DNA of 62,315 bases from Clostridia bacterium (GTDB lineage: Bacteria; Bacillota; Clostridia; UBA1381): the NCBI GenBank assembly GCA_017483065.1, contig JAFULX010000002.1, positions 1 through 62,315 of the forward strand. Direction: 5' to 3'. How positions within the stretch are numbered: position 1 is the first letter of the stretch; every line of letters begins with the position of its first letter. Positions 6,870-15,309 of this stretch are shown piece after piece. The notes beneath the pieces were generated by a model. That model saw only the letters and a list, made by a program, of their open reading frames with translations. It did not search any database and was not told the origin of the DNA. A program made the translations under genes and the position numbers.

Positions 6870-7610
6870 ATGGCAGAAAAAAGCACGTTCATAAAGTTGG
6901 ATAGAAACATCCAAAACTGGCGATGGTATCAATGCCCGAACACATTCAGAGTATTTGTCCACATCTTGTTAAATGCAAATGTTGAAACGCATGATTTTAT
7001 GAATACGACAATTCACCGTGGCGAGATGGCTACATCGTATGCGAAGTTAGGCGATGCTCTTAACTTAACAGGTCAGCAGGTCAGGACAGCTATTTCTCAC
7101 TTGAAGTCAACAGAAGAAATAACAGTCAAACAACACTCAAAATTCCTGATTATATCGGTACTTAACTATGCGAAGTACCAAGACAGATTAACAGTCAATC
7201 AACAGGCAGATAACAGGCAAATAACACCCAATCAACATTCACTTAACAGTCAGTTAACAGTCAATCAACAGTCAGTTAACAGTCAGTTAACAACAATTAA
7301 AGAATGTAAAGAAGTAAAAGAAGTAAAAGAATGTAAAGAAGGTAAAGAAAGTAAAGAAGTAAGGCAGGCAACAGCGACAACAACAACAGAAGCAGACCTT
7401 GTTGATTTATACGGCTATTCCGTTGTCGAGGATTACAAAAAGCGTTTTACCGACTTTTGCAACAGAACAGGTGCAAATCACCTTGACTGCATTACAACAA
7501 TAACGAAGTGGATAAGAGAAGACGGAGTAAAGCCGAAGCCTAAGGATTTGATGAGCAGTTTTAATTTGTCCGCTGTTGACGAGATGATTTTAGCACAATA
7601 CGGGATTTAA
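6870..7610 (+). CDS. Putative replication initiator / replisome organizer (winged-helix N-domain)
   Basis: N-terminal W.W...F.VFVHILLNAN...RGEMATSYAKLGDALNLTGQQVRTAISHLKS pattern typical of Firmicutes phage replication organizers; iterons embedded mid-gene. Confidence 0.5.
   Translation: MAEKSTFIKLDRNIQNWRWYQCPNTFRVFVHILLNANVETHDFMNTTIHRGEMATSYAKLGDALNLTGQQVRTAISHLKSTEEITVKQHSKFLIISVLNYAKYQDRLTVNQQADNRQITPNQHSLNSQLTVNQQSVNSQLTTIKECKEVKEVKECKEGKESKEVRQATATTTTEADLVDLYGYSVVEDYKKRFTDFCNRTGANHLDCITTITKWIREDGVKPKPKDLMSSFNLSAVDEMILAQYGI
7188..7292 (+). repeat. Iteron cluster (putative ori) inside the replication gene
   Basis: TTAACAGTCA at 7188, 7243, 7254, 7276 plus TTAACA at 7287; AATCAACA at 7196, 7229, 7263; GTTAAC palindromes. 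Confidence 0.6.
7296..7362 (+). repeat. AT-rich GTAAAGAA-type repeat block (candidate DNA-unwinding element)
   Basis: Seven consecutive gtaaa(a)gaa-like units directly after the iterons; encodes KECKEVKEVKECKEGKESKEV linker. Confidence 0.5.
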
Positions 7611-7620
7611 GGAGAAAGTT

Positions 7621-7938
7621 ATGGAAAAGAAAGAATTATTAAGGAAATTGTCGTGCGAATATCGATTCTTGAAAATGCAAGCGGCAGGGCATCTAAACGA
7701 AGAAAGAAAAAAAGAATTGTTGATGTGTTCGGATGTTTATTTGCTTTGTTTGTGCATTGCGGAAGAAAGCAAATTACCCGAGCCGATTGGAAGGGAAGAG
7801 GCTTTGGAATGGGTGGAAGAAGAAATCGCATCTTATGAAAGAGCGATAAGAGTTTGGGGCGAAAAAGAAGTATGGAACGAAAACAAAACGCTTCTTGAAG
7901 AATGCAAAAAGATATTGAAAGGAGAGGAATTGAAATGA
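7621..7938 (+). CDS. Hypothetical protein
   Basis: 105-aa ORF, TAAGGAGAA RBS. Confidence 0.6.
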   Translation: MEKKELLRKLSCEYRFLKMQAAGHLNEERKKELLMCSDVYLLCLCIAEESKLPEPIGREEALEWVEEEIASYERAIRVWGEKEVWNENKTLLEECKKILKGEELK

Positions 7939-8363
7939 CAGAACTTTCATTTAATCAACAGAAAAAGTTAATAGACATTGCAACTTCTACCGCTAATAAA
8001 CTTGCTGATTGGTCTTTCCTTGAAGAAGTCAAGATTGACAATGAGTTTATGAAGCATTTTGAGTTTATGGTGAGAGAAATACTAATCGGCGTTTTCCATT
8101 ACAAATATGGTAGAGAAGTGGAAATAATGTCAAGAAGCGAAGAGATAAAGATAGCCGAAGCCCCTACTGTTGATGTGAATACGGCGATGCTACATGCGTC
8201 GAATAAGGTGGGAATTAAAATTACATTGGATACAGTGGTAATGTTTGCGGCGTTATTAAAACGTAAGATAAAACCCGAAGACTGCGGCAAAGACGTAATG
8301 AGGAAGATTGATTCGCTTGTTGAAACGTTCAGAGAAGTAGCAGAACAGGAGGAAGAGAAATGA
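7935..8363 (+). CDS. Hypothetical protein
   Basis: ATG 7935 overlaps previous stop (ATGA), AGGAGAGG RBS; track ORF begins upstream at 7902. Confidence 0.6.
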   Translation: MTELSFNQQKKLIDIATSTANKLADWSFLEEVKIDNEFMKHFEFMVREILIGVFHYKYGREVEIMSRSEEIKIAEAPTVDVNTAMLHASNKVGIKITLDTVVMFAALLKRKIKPEDCGKDVMRKIDSLVETFREVAEQEEEK

Positions 8364-8839
8364 GTAAATCGGTGTTAATCAGCATACAGCCTAAATGGTG
8401 TGAGCTTATCGCAAGCGGCGAAAAGACGGTTGAGGTAAGGAAAACCAAGCCAAAACTTGAAACGCCGTTTAAGTGCTATATCTACGAAACCAAAAAGAAA
8501 ATAAATCCTTGGTGTAATGGGAAGGGCAAAGTAATAGGCGAGTTTGTGTGTTCAAATATAGCAAAAGGCACATCACAGTTCGGTTCTTGCTTGACAATGC
8601 AAGAAATATCCGAATACGCAAACAATAAAGAGGTTTATGGTTGGTGTATATCCGACCTTAAAATCTATGACAAGCCGAGAGAGTTAAGTGAGTTTTATAA
8701 GCCTTGTGTGTATGGTGAGGATAGTGACGTGTCTTGTTTTCTTTGTGTTAAATCGGGATACAGACCCGATATGCACATTGATTGTTTTAATAAGGTTGCA
8801 AGACCGCCAGTATCGTGGTGCTATGTAGATGAGGTGTAA
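8360..8839 (+). CDS. ASCH-domain (PUA-like) protein
   Basis: VLISIQPKWCELIASGEKTVEVRKTKP is the ASCH N-terminal signature. Confidence 0.6.
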   Translation: MSKSVLISIQPKWCELIASGEKTVEVRKTKPKLETPFKCYIYETKKKINPWCNGKGKVIGEFVCSNIAKGTSQFGSCLTMQEISEYANNKEVYGWCISDLKIYDKPRELSEFYKPCVYGEDSDVSCFLCVKSGYRPDMHIDCFNKVARPPVSWCYVDEV

Positions 8840-8841
8840 GA

Positions 8842-9036
8842 ATGATTAAGTGTTATTGTGATTATTGTAAGAAAGAGATAGAAAGCTCCGACAAGCACGT
8901 GAATCTTAATTTTAATGCTTTTGGTTGCACAGGCTTTACGACCGATAAAGAATATCAGTTTCACATTGAGTGTGCTACAAGAATACAAAACAAAATTGAA
9001 GATATTTTGAATCGGAAAGGAGATGTGGAAGAATGA
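8842..9036 (+). CDS. Small zinc-ribbon protein
   Basis: 64 aa, CDYCKKE ... HIEC. Confidence 0.55.
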   Translation: MIKCYCDYCKKEIESSDKHVNLNFNAFGCTGFTTDKEYQFHIECATRIQNKIEDILNRKGDVEE

Positions 9037-9218
9037 CAGAAACAAAAGTATATTGCGACCGCTGCGGAAAAGAGTTGAGCCACAAGTTTGACTATACTGG
9101 AAGAATAATAAAAGTGTCTCACGTGGAATTTGTTACTGATTTATGTGCAGATTGTTTTAACTTGTTTTGTGAAAACACAAACGAGTTTTTACGAAGGAAA
9201 GGCGGTAATGAAGAATGA
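9033..9218 (+). CDS. Small zinc-ribbon protein
   Basis: 61 aa, CDRCGKE ... CADC; paralog-like to 8842..9036. Confidence 0.55.
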   Translation: MTETKVYCDRCGKELSHKFDYTGRIIKVSHVEFVTDLCADCFNLFCENTNEFLRRKGGNEE

Positions 9219-9388
9219 CAAATCGTGAAAGGCTCATATCGTTATTGGAGTCGGATTTATATGATGAAGATATAGCGGATGTTATATCCGATGAGCTTAT
9301 GAGCATAACAGACGAGGATGATATAAGCATAGCCGTTATATGTGGGAATGATAAAAAGTTGTTAGCGGAATGGCTTGGAAAGGAGTAG
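9215..9388 (+). CDS. Acidic hypothetical protein (57 aa)
   Basis: ATG overlaps previous stop (ATGA); TAG stop 9386; hand-translated. Confidence 0.45.
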   Translation: MTNRERLISLLESDLYDEDIADVISDELMSITDEDDISIAVICGNDKKLLAEWLGKE

Positions 9389-9393
9389 GGAGA

Positions 9394-9747
9394 ATGAAAT
9401 ATAAGGAATTTGTTGATTGGTGCAATGAAAGAGCTTGTGATGGTCGATGGGATATAGAAACAGCTATATTCTGCGGTAGAGTTATAGATTTTATGAGTTC
9501 TGTACCATTCTGGAAAAGAAAAATAATTTGGGAAAAATTAAAAAACAAAGTTGCAATCGTTGTTTCCGTCACAAACGCTCAAATCAAAGAAATAACAGAA
9601 CGGCAGATACCAAGAAAACCTGATTATGAAGACAATGACGCCAAATGCCCTGTTTGCGGTCACGAATTTGAAAACAACGTAAACGACTGGGGATGTAGCT
9701 TCTGTCAGGATTGTGGACAACAGCTCGACTGGAGCGATAGTGAATGA
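9394..9747 (+). CDS. Hypothetical protein with C-terminal zinc ribbon
   Basis: AAGGAG RBS then ATG 9394; CPVCGHEF...CSFCQDCG. Confidence 0.6.
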   Translation: MKYKEFVDWCNERACDGRWDIETAIFCGRVIDFMSSVPFWKRKIIWEKLKNKVAIVVSVTNAQIKEITERQIPRKPDYEDNDAKCPVCGHEFENNVNDWGCSFCQDCGQQLDWSDSE

Positions 9748-10070
9748 GCGTATATAATCCTGTTCTGTGGGATTATTGCTCGTGTTGTGGCAGAAGAATC
9801 GAAGTCGGTGATATTTGTTATGAAGTAGCCGAACAATCTTTCTGTACTCAATGTGTTGTGAAAATCGAAACAGGAAATCCCATTGTGCAAGAGCAGAAGA
9901 AGGAAAGCAAGCGTAAAAGGAAAAGGCGAAAGCCTGCAATATCTGTTGAAATCTGCCCGAAGAAAGACAGATGCAAGCATAAGAACGCTTGCCAGTATAA
10001 TTATAATCCCGTATCGCCCTATTTTTTATGCTATGAAAGAGAGAAAAATGATAACAAGAAGAAATCCTGA
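9744..10070 (+). CDS. Zinc-ribbon protein with Lys/Arg-rich centre
   Basis: CSCCGRR...CTQC then KKESKRKRKRRK. Confidence 0.55.
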   Translation: MSVYNPVLWDYCSCCGRRIEVGDICYEVAEQSFCTQCVVKIETGNPIVQEQKKESKRKRKRRKPAISVEICPKKDRCKHKNACQYNYNPVSPYFLCYEREKNDNKKKS

Positions 10071-10242
10071 TTATGATAAGTACCGAGAAATCACAGAAGC
10101 TGTGCAAAAAAACGATGGTTATTGTCCTTGTGCGATTGAGAAAAGCGAAGACACCAAATGTCCCTGTAGAGCTTTCATGGAGCAAGAAACGGCAGGGGAA
10201 TGCCATTGTGGGCGATTTATAAAAGATTATGAATATGTTTGA
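10048..10242 (+). CDS. Ferredoxin-thioredoxin-reductase catalytic-domain-like protein (64 aa)
   Basis: GYCPCAIEKSEDTKCPCRAFMEQETAGECHCGRF reproduces the CPC...CPC...CHC spacing of FTR catalytic subunits. Confidence 0.55.
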   Translation: MITRRNPDYDKYREITEAVQKNDGYCPCAIEKSEDTKCPCRAFMEQETAGECHCGRFIKDYEYV

Positions 10243-10323
10243 GAAGCTGTGGTTGTTGTTTGTTTTGCTCTGCGTTTGTGTGGGTGCGGAAGACGATGAT
10301 TATTGAAAGCGAGGTGAGTAAGG

Positions 10324-10461
10324 ATGTATGACGAAAAAAGATTTATCCCCGTAAGCGACAGAAAGTATTACTATGAGCTTGACGGAATCAGACTCGTAAT
10401 CGAGGATGATAAAATCGTAGGTTGGTATCGCCCCGACATAGAGCCTATTGACACGGAATAA
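10324..10461 (+). CDS. Hypothetical protein (45 aa)
   Basis: GAGGTGAG RBS, ATG 10324, TAA 10459; hand-translated. Confidence 0.4.
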   Translation: MYDEKRFIPVSDRKYYYELDGIRLVIEDDKIVGWYRPDIEPIDTE

Positions 10462-10476
10462 AAAAAGGGGTATAAT
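10448..10476 (+). promoter_or_regulatory. Consensus sigma-A promoter P4 upstream of the tRNA and packaging genes
   Basis: TTGACA (10448-10453), exactly 17 nt, TATAAT (10471-10476). Confidence 0.75.
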
Positions 10477-10530
10477 TAAAAAGGGCGGTGCGAATTTCGG
10501 CAACAGTCGAGGCTTGCATCCCCGAAACAA

Positions 10531-10605
10531 TGTGATGTAGCCAAGCGGTAAGGCAACGGACTTTGACTCCGTCATTCGTGAGTTCAAGTCTCACCATCAC
10601 AGCCA
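10531..10605 (+). tRNA. tRNA-Gln (anticodon UUG), CCA encoded
   Basis: Cloverleaf folded by hand: acceptor tgtgatg/catcaca, D-arm gcc-aagcggtaa-ggc, anticodon stem acgga/tccgt with loop cTTTGac, T-arm gtgag-ttcaagt-ctcac, G73, CCA; D-arm identical to E. coli tRNA-Gln as I recall it. Confidence 0.9.
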
Positions 10606-10698
10606 ATGGTTTGTTCATAGTTTTACTCCTTTCACAAAAAACAAGCGGTGATGTTTCTGCAAGCAGTTTTTGTAGCCGTGATATTTTAGGAGGTAATT

Positions 10699-11304
10699 AT
10701 GGAGCTTAAAATTGAGTATTTGCCGATTAAGGCATTGAAGCCGTATGAAAAGAACACACGAAAGCATACCGACTATGATGTGGGAGAAATTGCAAAGTCT
10801 ATCACGGAATGTGGATTCAACGACCCTATTGGTGTATATGGTGAAAGCTTAATAATCGTGGAGGGACACGGAAGGCTTTTAGCGGCTAAAAAGTTAGGAA
10901 TGAAAGAAGTACCGTGCATCCGTCTCGACCATATGACAGACGAGCAACGCAGAAAATACGCAATTCTTCATAACAAAACCGCTGAACTGTCAACTTTTGA
11001 TTTTGATAATTTGGCTTTTGAATTGGCTGAATTGGATTTGAGCGATTTTGACTTTGACTTCGGAATCGAGAACGAGGGCGAGGTTTATTCACCCGATGAA
11101 TTTGGCGATGATTTTACATTGCCCGATGGCGATAAACCCGAAATCTGCCAAATGACATTTACGCTCCACCAACGGCAAAAGGAATTGATTGAATACGCAA
11201 TCAGCGTTGTAAAGGACGATGCAAAGGAAACATTTGGCAACACAAACGGAAACGGAAACGCATTGTATGAGGTTGTTAAGCAATGGGCAGAGCTAAAGAA
11301 ATAA
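10699..11304 (+). CDS. ParB-like nuclease (ParB/Srx N-terminal) domain protein
   Basis: [19 protein letters not shown]...NDPIGV...[23 protein letters not shown] is the ParBc signature. Confidence 0.75.
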   Translation: MELKIEYLPIKALKPYEKNTRKHTDYDVGEIAKSITECGFNDPIGVYGESLIIVEGHGRLLAAKKLGMKEVPCIRLDHMTDEQRRKYAILHNKTAELSTFDFDNLAFELAELDLSDFDFDFGIENEGEVYSPDEFGDDFTLPDGDKPEICQMTFTLHQRQKELIEYAISVVKDDAKETFGNTNGNGNALYEVVKQWAELKK

Positions 11305-12029
11305 TTGTTAAGGTCATACCGAGTAAAATTGCTATTCCGTTTATTAAGAAACACCATTACAGCGGAAAGGTAGTCAATAATAGTTGCCTCCATTTTGGAG
11401 CGTTTCTTGATGGCAAATTACACGGTGTAATGTCATACGGACCGAGCCTTGATAAATCAAAAATGCTTGGGTTGGTGGAAGGCACTGGTTGGAATGAGTT
11501 TCTCGAACTCAACCGAATGGCATTTGATGAATATTTGCCGAGAAATGCGGAAAGTTTTTGCATTGCGAAAAGCATTAAACTGATAAAGAAGAACGCTCCG
11601 CAGATTAAATGGATTGTATCGTTTGCTGACGGCTGTTCCTGCGGTGATGGCACAATATACCGAGCAAGCAATTTTGTTTTAACGGACATTAAACCAAACT
11701 ATAACCTCGTGTTGCTTCCGAATGGCGAAAAGATACACAAGATGACGCTCGAAAGTAATCCTACCACTCCACGAAAAGAACTGGGGGGGCGTTGCTATTA
11801 TGATATTACGGGCGGCAAATTTGATTTTAAGAAATATGTTGAATATGTAAACGGCGAGATACTGAAAGGCTTTCAGTTGCGTTATGTTTATTTCATTGAT
11901 AAGCGTTGCAAAGAAAAACTGACCGTTCCAATTATTCCGTTTTCAAAAATTGATGAAATGGGGGCTGGAATGTACAAGGGCGAAAAGGTAACGCAACAGG
12001 AAAGGCACATAATGAAAGAGGGTGAATAA
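11283..12029 (+). CDS. GNAT-fold, Mom-like candidate DNA-modification protein
   Basis: FIKKHHYSG...[17 protein letters not shown]...[19 protein letters not shown]...[18 protein letters not shown] resembles (from memory) the family annotated Mom-like; no search run. Confidence 0.4.
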   Translation: MGRAKEIIVKVIPSKIAIPFIKKHHYSGKVVNNSCLHFGAFLDGKLHGVMSYGPSLDKSKMLGLVEGTGWNEFLELNRMAFDEYLPRNAESFCIAKSIKLIKKNAPQIKWIVSFADGCSCGDGTIYRASNFVLTDIKPNYNLVLLPNGEKIHKMTLESNPTTPRKELGGRCYYDITGGKFDFKKYVEYVNGEILKGFQLRYVYFIDKRCKEKLTVPIIPFSKIDEMGAGMYKGEKVTQQERHIMKEGE

Positions 12030-12392
12030 ATGCCCAACAAAAGACCACCCAATGCCGAGCAGACACAATTCCGAAGCGGTGCTGAAGCGGTGGAAAATGG
12101 GCAAAAAGGTGGAGTTGCATCAGGCGAAGCAAGGCGTAACAAAAAATTACTCCGTGAGTGTCTGGAAATCCTGCTTGAAAAGGAAATGACCGACAAAAGC
12201 GGTAAGACAATGTCAGGTGCTGAAGCTCTTGCAACAAAGCTGTTTGCAGAGGCGATGAAAGGCAATGTAAAAGCGTTTGAGGTATTGCGAGATACGGCAG
12301 GGCAAAAGCCTGTTGAAAAAATCGTTGTTTCGGAAATAGACAGCGATGTTATTGAAGAGGTAGAAAGAATGGTAAATGATGAAACCGATTGA
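12030..12392 (+). CDS. Putative terminase small subunit
   Basis: Position upstream of terminase large subunit; basic N-terminus and KGNVKAFEVLRDTAGQKP motif seen in small terminases. Confidence 0.45.
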   Translation: MPNKRPPNAEQTQFRSGAEAVENGQKGGVASGEARRNKKLLRECLEILLEKEMTDKSGKTMSGAEALATKLFAEAMKGNVKAFEVLRDTAGQKPVEKIVVSEIDSDVIEEVERMVNDETD

Positions 12393-12984
12393 ATTATGGC
12401 AAGGTGATTGTCTTGAATTGATGAAGAACATTCCCGATGGGTCGGTGGATTTGGTGCTGACTGACCCTCCGTATGGCACTATGAAAGGTGCGGCGCTTGA
12501 TGGGTGGAAAAATCAAACTACCGAGTTGGATAGGTCTGGACTGAAAGTAAAACAAATAAACGAGTTGCTTGGAACAAGCACTATGGCAAGCCACTATTTC
12601 CGTGCTGGGTGTCAGTTTGTTCTACCGACAAAAGAGAAATACGAAAAACTGCAAACGACTGGTTTTTGGCAAAGACCTTACAAAGAACTGAAAGAAAAAA
12701 CAATTCCTGTTTTCAATCTTTGGCAAGGTGGCAAATCAAAGTCAAATGTGCTTGAATACAAGAAAGACAATGACGGCTATCATCCAACACAGAAACCCGT
12801 TGCACTTTTGGAAGATTTGATACAGACCTATTCCAACGAGGGAAATACTGTCCTTGACTTCACAATGGGTAGCGGTAGCACGGGCGTGGCTTGCGTGAAT
12901 ACAAACCGCCACTTTATCGGCATTGAGCTTGATGAGGGTTATTTCAACATAGCCAAAAAGAGAATTGAGGAAGCTTGTCTGTGA
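12376..12984 (+). CDS. DNA methyltransferase (DPPY motif, probably N6-adenine)
   Basis: VDLVLTDPPYG, HPTQKPVALLEDLI, DFTMGSGSTGVAC. Confidence 0.8.
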   Translation: MMKPIELWQGDCLELMKNIPDGSVDLVLTDPPYGTMKGAALDGWKNQTTELDRSGLKVKQINELLGTSTMASHYFRAGCQFVLPTKEKYEKLQTTGFWQRPYKELKEKTIPVFNLWQGGKSKSNVLEYKKDNDGYHPTQKPVALLEDLIQTYSNEGNTVLDFTMGSGSTGVACVNTNRHFIGIELDEGYFNIAKKRIEEACL

Positions 12985-12999
12985 GGGGGTGGTTAAATA

Positions 13000-14273
13000 A
13001 TGATGAGAAGAGATGCTGTCAACTTTTTAGTAAGCAAACCTTATAAGCTCGGTCATTTGTTAGGCTTTACTAAATTAACCGAGCTTCACAACGAGTGGAT
13101 TATAGATATGCTTAAAGGAAAAGAAGATAAAACATTACAGGCTCATCGTGGTTAGGCTCGTTTAAAACTACGTGTGTGTCGATTGCTCTTGCTTTAATCG
13201 TTGTTTTGTTACCAAATCTGAAAACATTATTCATCCGTAAGACCGATGATGATATAAAAGAAGTCATTGCACAAGTGAAAAAAATTCTTGAAAGTCAGCA
13301 GATGCGGTATTTTGTCAAATGTATCTACGGAGCGGATTTAAAGTTGACAAAGGCAAACACAAACGAAATCAGCACCAATCTATCAACCGATATAAAAGGC
13401 ACTTCACAGCTTGTCGGACTTGGTATAGGCTCATCTTTAACGGGTAAGCACTTTGACCGAATATTCACGGACGATATCGTAAACCTGCAAGACCGAATGT
13501 CAAAAGCGGAGAGAGATAGAACGAAGAGCATCTATCAAGAATTGCATAACGTAAAGAACAGAGGCGGTAGGATATTCAATACAGGCACACCGTGGCACAA
13601 AGACGATTGTTTCACGTTGATGCCGAATCCCGAAGTATACGACTGCTACCACACAGGATTGATTAATCATGATGAGCTTGAAAGCATAAAGGGACAAATG
13701 ACCGCTTCTCTCTTTGCCGCTAACTATGAGCTACGGCACATAGCCGCTGAAGATGTGATTTTTACATCTCCACAGAAAAATGCAGAGCCGCATCTTGTCG
13801 AGCAAGGTATATGTCACACGGATGCCGCCTATGGTGGCGAAGACTATACAGCGTTTACCATAGCACGTAAGTATAACGGCAAAATTTACGTTTTCGGCAA
13901 ATTATGGCATAAACACATAGACGATGTACAAGGCGAAATCAAGCGGTATATAGAGCAATTTAACGCAGGTGTGATGTATTGCGAAAACAATGGTGATAAG
14001 GGATATTTGGGTAAGGAGTTCAGGCGAAACGGCATCAGAGTAAGCATATACCACGAAAATATGAATAAGTTTATCAAGATAACAAGCTATCTGAAAGCCT
14101 GTTGGAAGGATGTTGTTTTTGTTGCAGGAACAGACGAGGAGTATATAAATCAAATCTGTGACTATAACGAGAATGCGGAACACGATGACGCTCCTGACAG
14201 CCTTGCAAGTGTTATCAGAAAGCTATGGAATAAGAGCGAAGATACAAGTAATTACAAGCCGATTTTCGCATAA
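13000..14273 (+). CDS. Terminase large subunit, reading frame interrupted (TAG at 13153, continuation in the -1 frame)
   Basis: 51 codons MMRRDAVNF...TLQAHRG then TAG; -1 frame reads GSFKTTCVSIALAL...FTDDIVN...GTPWHKDD...HTDAAYGGEDYTAF (ATPase + nuclease motifs) to 14273. Confidence 0.8.
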
Positions 14274-14677
14274 TGGGGGCAAAAATGATAATTAAGAATT
14301 GTACAGTCTGCGGCAAGGAGTTTGAGGCGAAGCAGAGTAATTTTGTTTACTGCTCGGTAGAATGCAGAAGGATAGGTAGAAACAAAGTCCATTTGAACTA
14401 TGTCGATAAAAACAAATACAAGATAAGAAAGCGTTGTCGGGATAGATGTCGGGAAAAGTCAAGGCAGAATTTACCGCCTTGTCGAATCTGTGGGAATCCT
14501 GTACCGAAAGAGTGGACAGGAACGAGGTATTCACAGAGCTTTTATCACCTTGAATGCATAGCGGAAAAAGTGAAAAGCCTGTTAAATAAGCGAGGAACAG
14601 ACGAATACCGTGAGATAATGAAGCTTGCAAGTAATCACGGAATAACGAAAAAGGACGTCTTGGAGTGGGTGCAATGA
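14273..14677 (+). CDS. Zinc-ribbon protein with basic regions, unknown function
   Basis: CTVCGKEF...YCSVEC, CRICGNP...HLEC; start overlaps terminase stop (TAATG). Confidence 0.6.
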   Translation: MGAKMIIKNCTVCGKEFEAKQSNFVYCSVECRRIGRNKVHLNYVDKNKYKIRKRCRDRCREKSRQNLPPCRICGNPVPKEWTGTRYSQSFYHLECIAEKVKSLLNKRGTDEYREIMKLASNHGITKKDVLEWVQ

Positions 14678-15309
14678 GTGGAGAATTTGACAAAAAAGCA
14701 TATAGCAAAAAGGTATATGATTCCCGAAAAGAAATTGGATTGTGTACAAGATGCGGCAAAGAAAACGACAATTTTCCTTTGCTTACTTGCAAAAATTGTT
14801 CCGAAAAAAGAAAGCATCAAAGACAGCAAGTAAAAAATTACTACGAAAATCACGGACTGTGTAACATCTGTGGAAAAGAAAAAATGGAAAACAGCAAATT
14901 CTGTTTTCGCTGTTGGGAAACAATGTACGATGCAAAGCAGAAGAGACGGGAAAAGATGACCGCTGAAGAAAAAGAGTCGGAAAGAGTAAAAGCTAATTCT
15001 CGGAACCGAGAGAGGAAGAAAAAAGCTCTTGAAAACGGCATATGTTATTATTGCTTGAAAAGGAAAGCTCTTGAAGGTAGGCGAGAATGCCTTGATTGTT
15101 TGGCAAAAATACAAAAAGAATCTGCAAGAAGAATGCAAGAGAAAAAAGTAATACGTGACAACAAACGAGAATACAGGCTGAAAAACAATCTTTGTACAAG
15201 ATGCGGAGAGTCTGCAAAAGAAGGGTACAAAGTATGCGAGAGACATTATCTAATCAGCTTTGAAAACCAAAAGAAAGTCAAGAGAGGCAAGGAAAAAACA
15301 AATGGCTGA
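14665..15309 (+). CDS. Protein with four tandem CxxC...CxxC zinc-ribbon modules separated by Lys/Arg/Glu-rich linkers
   Basis: CTRCGKE..CKNC; CNICGKE..CFRC; CYYCLKR..CLDC; CTRCGES..CERH. Confidence 0.6.
   Translation: MGAMSGEFDKKAYSKKVYDSRKEIGLCTRCGKENDNFPLLTCKNCSEKRKHQRQQVKNYYENHGLCNICGKEKMENSKFCFRCWETMYDAKQKRREKMTAEEKESERVKANSRNRERKKKALENGICYYCLKRKALEGRRECLDCLAKIQKESARRMQEKKVIRDNKREYRLKNNLCTRCGESAKEGYKVCERHYLISFENQKKVKRGKEKTNG

Noticed and set aside
9538-10206. Long minus-strand ORFs, for example this 222-aa one. Others are at 14635..15246 (203 aa), 5980..6489 (169 aa), 14292..14792 (166 aa), 23061..23510 (149 aa) and 22925..23311 (128 aa).
   Set aside because: All lie antisense to + strand genes that have recognisable motifs, RBSs and translational coupling. 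Their translations are low-complexity (Phe/Ser/Leu/Cys-rich), and they lack convincing RBSs. They are typical shadow ORFs.
10235-10303. 22-codon ORF MFEKLWLLFVLLCVCVGAEDDDY, resembling a lipoprotein signal peptide.
   Set aside because: It is too short, has no RBS, and overlaps the end of the FTR-like gene. The signal-like pattern may be chance, so I did not list it as a feature.
10531-10605. Suppressor tRNA that would explain the in-frame TAG codons.
   Set aside because: The anticodon loop reads c-t-TTG-a-c, so the anticodon is UUG (Gln, reads CAA/CAG), not CUA.
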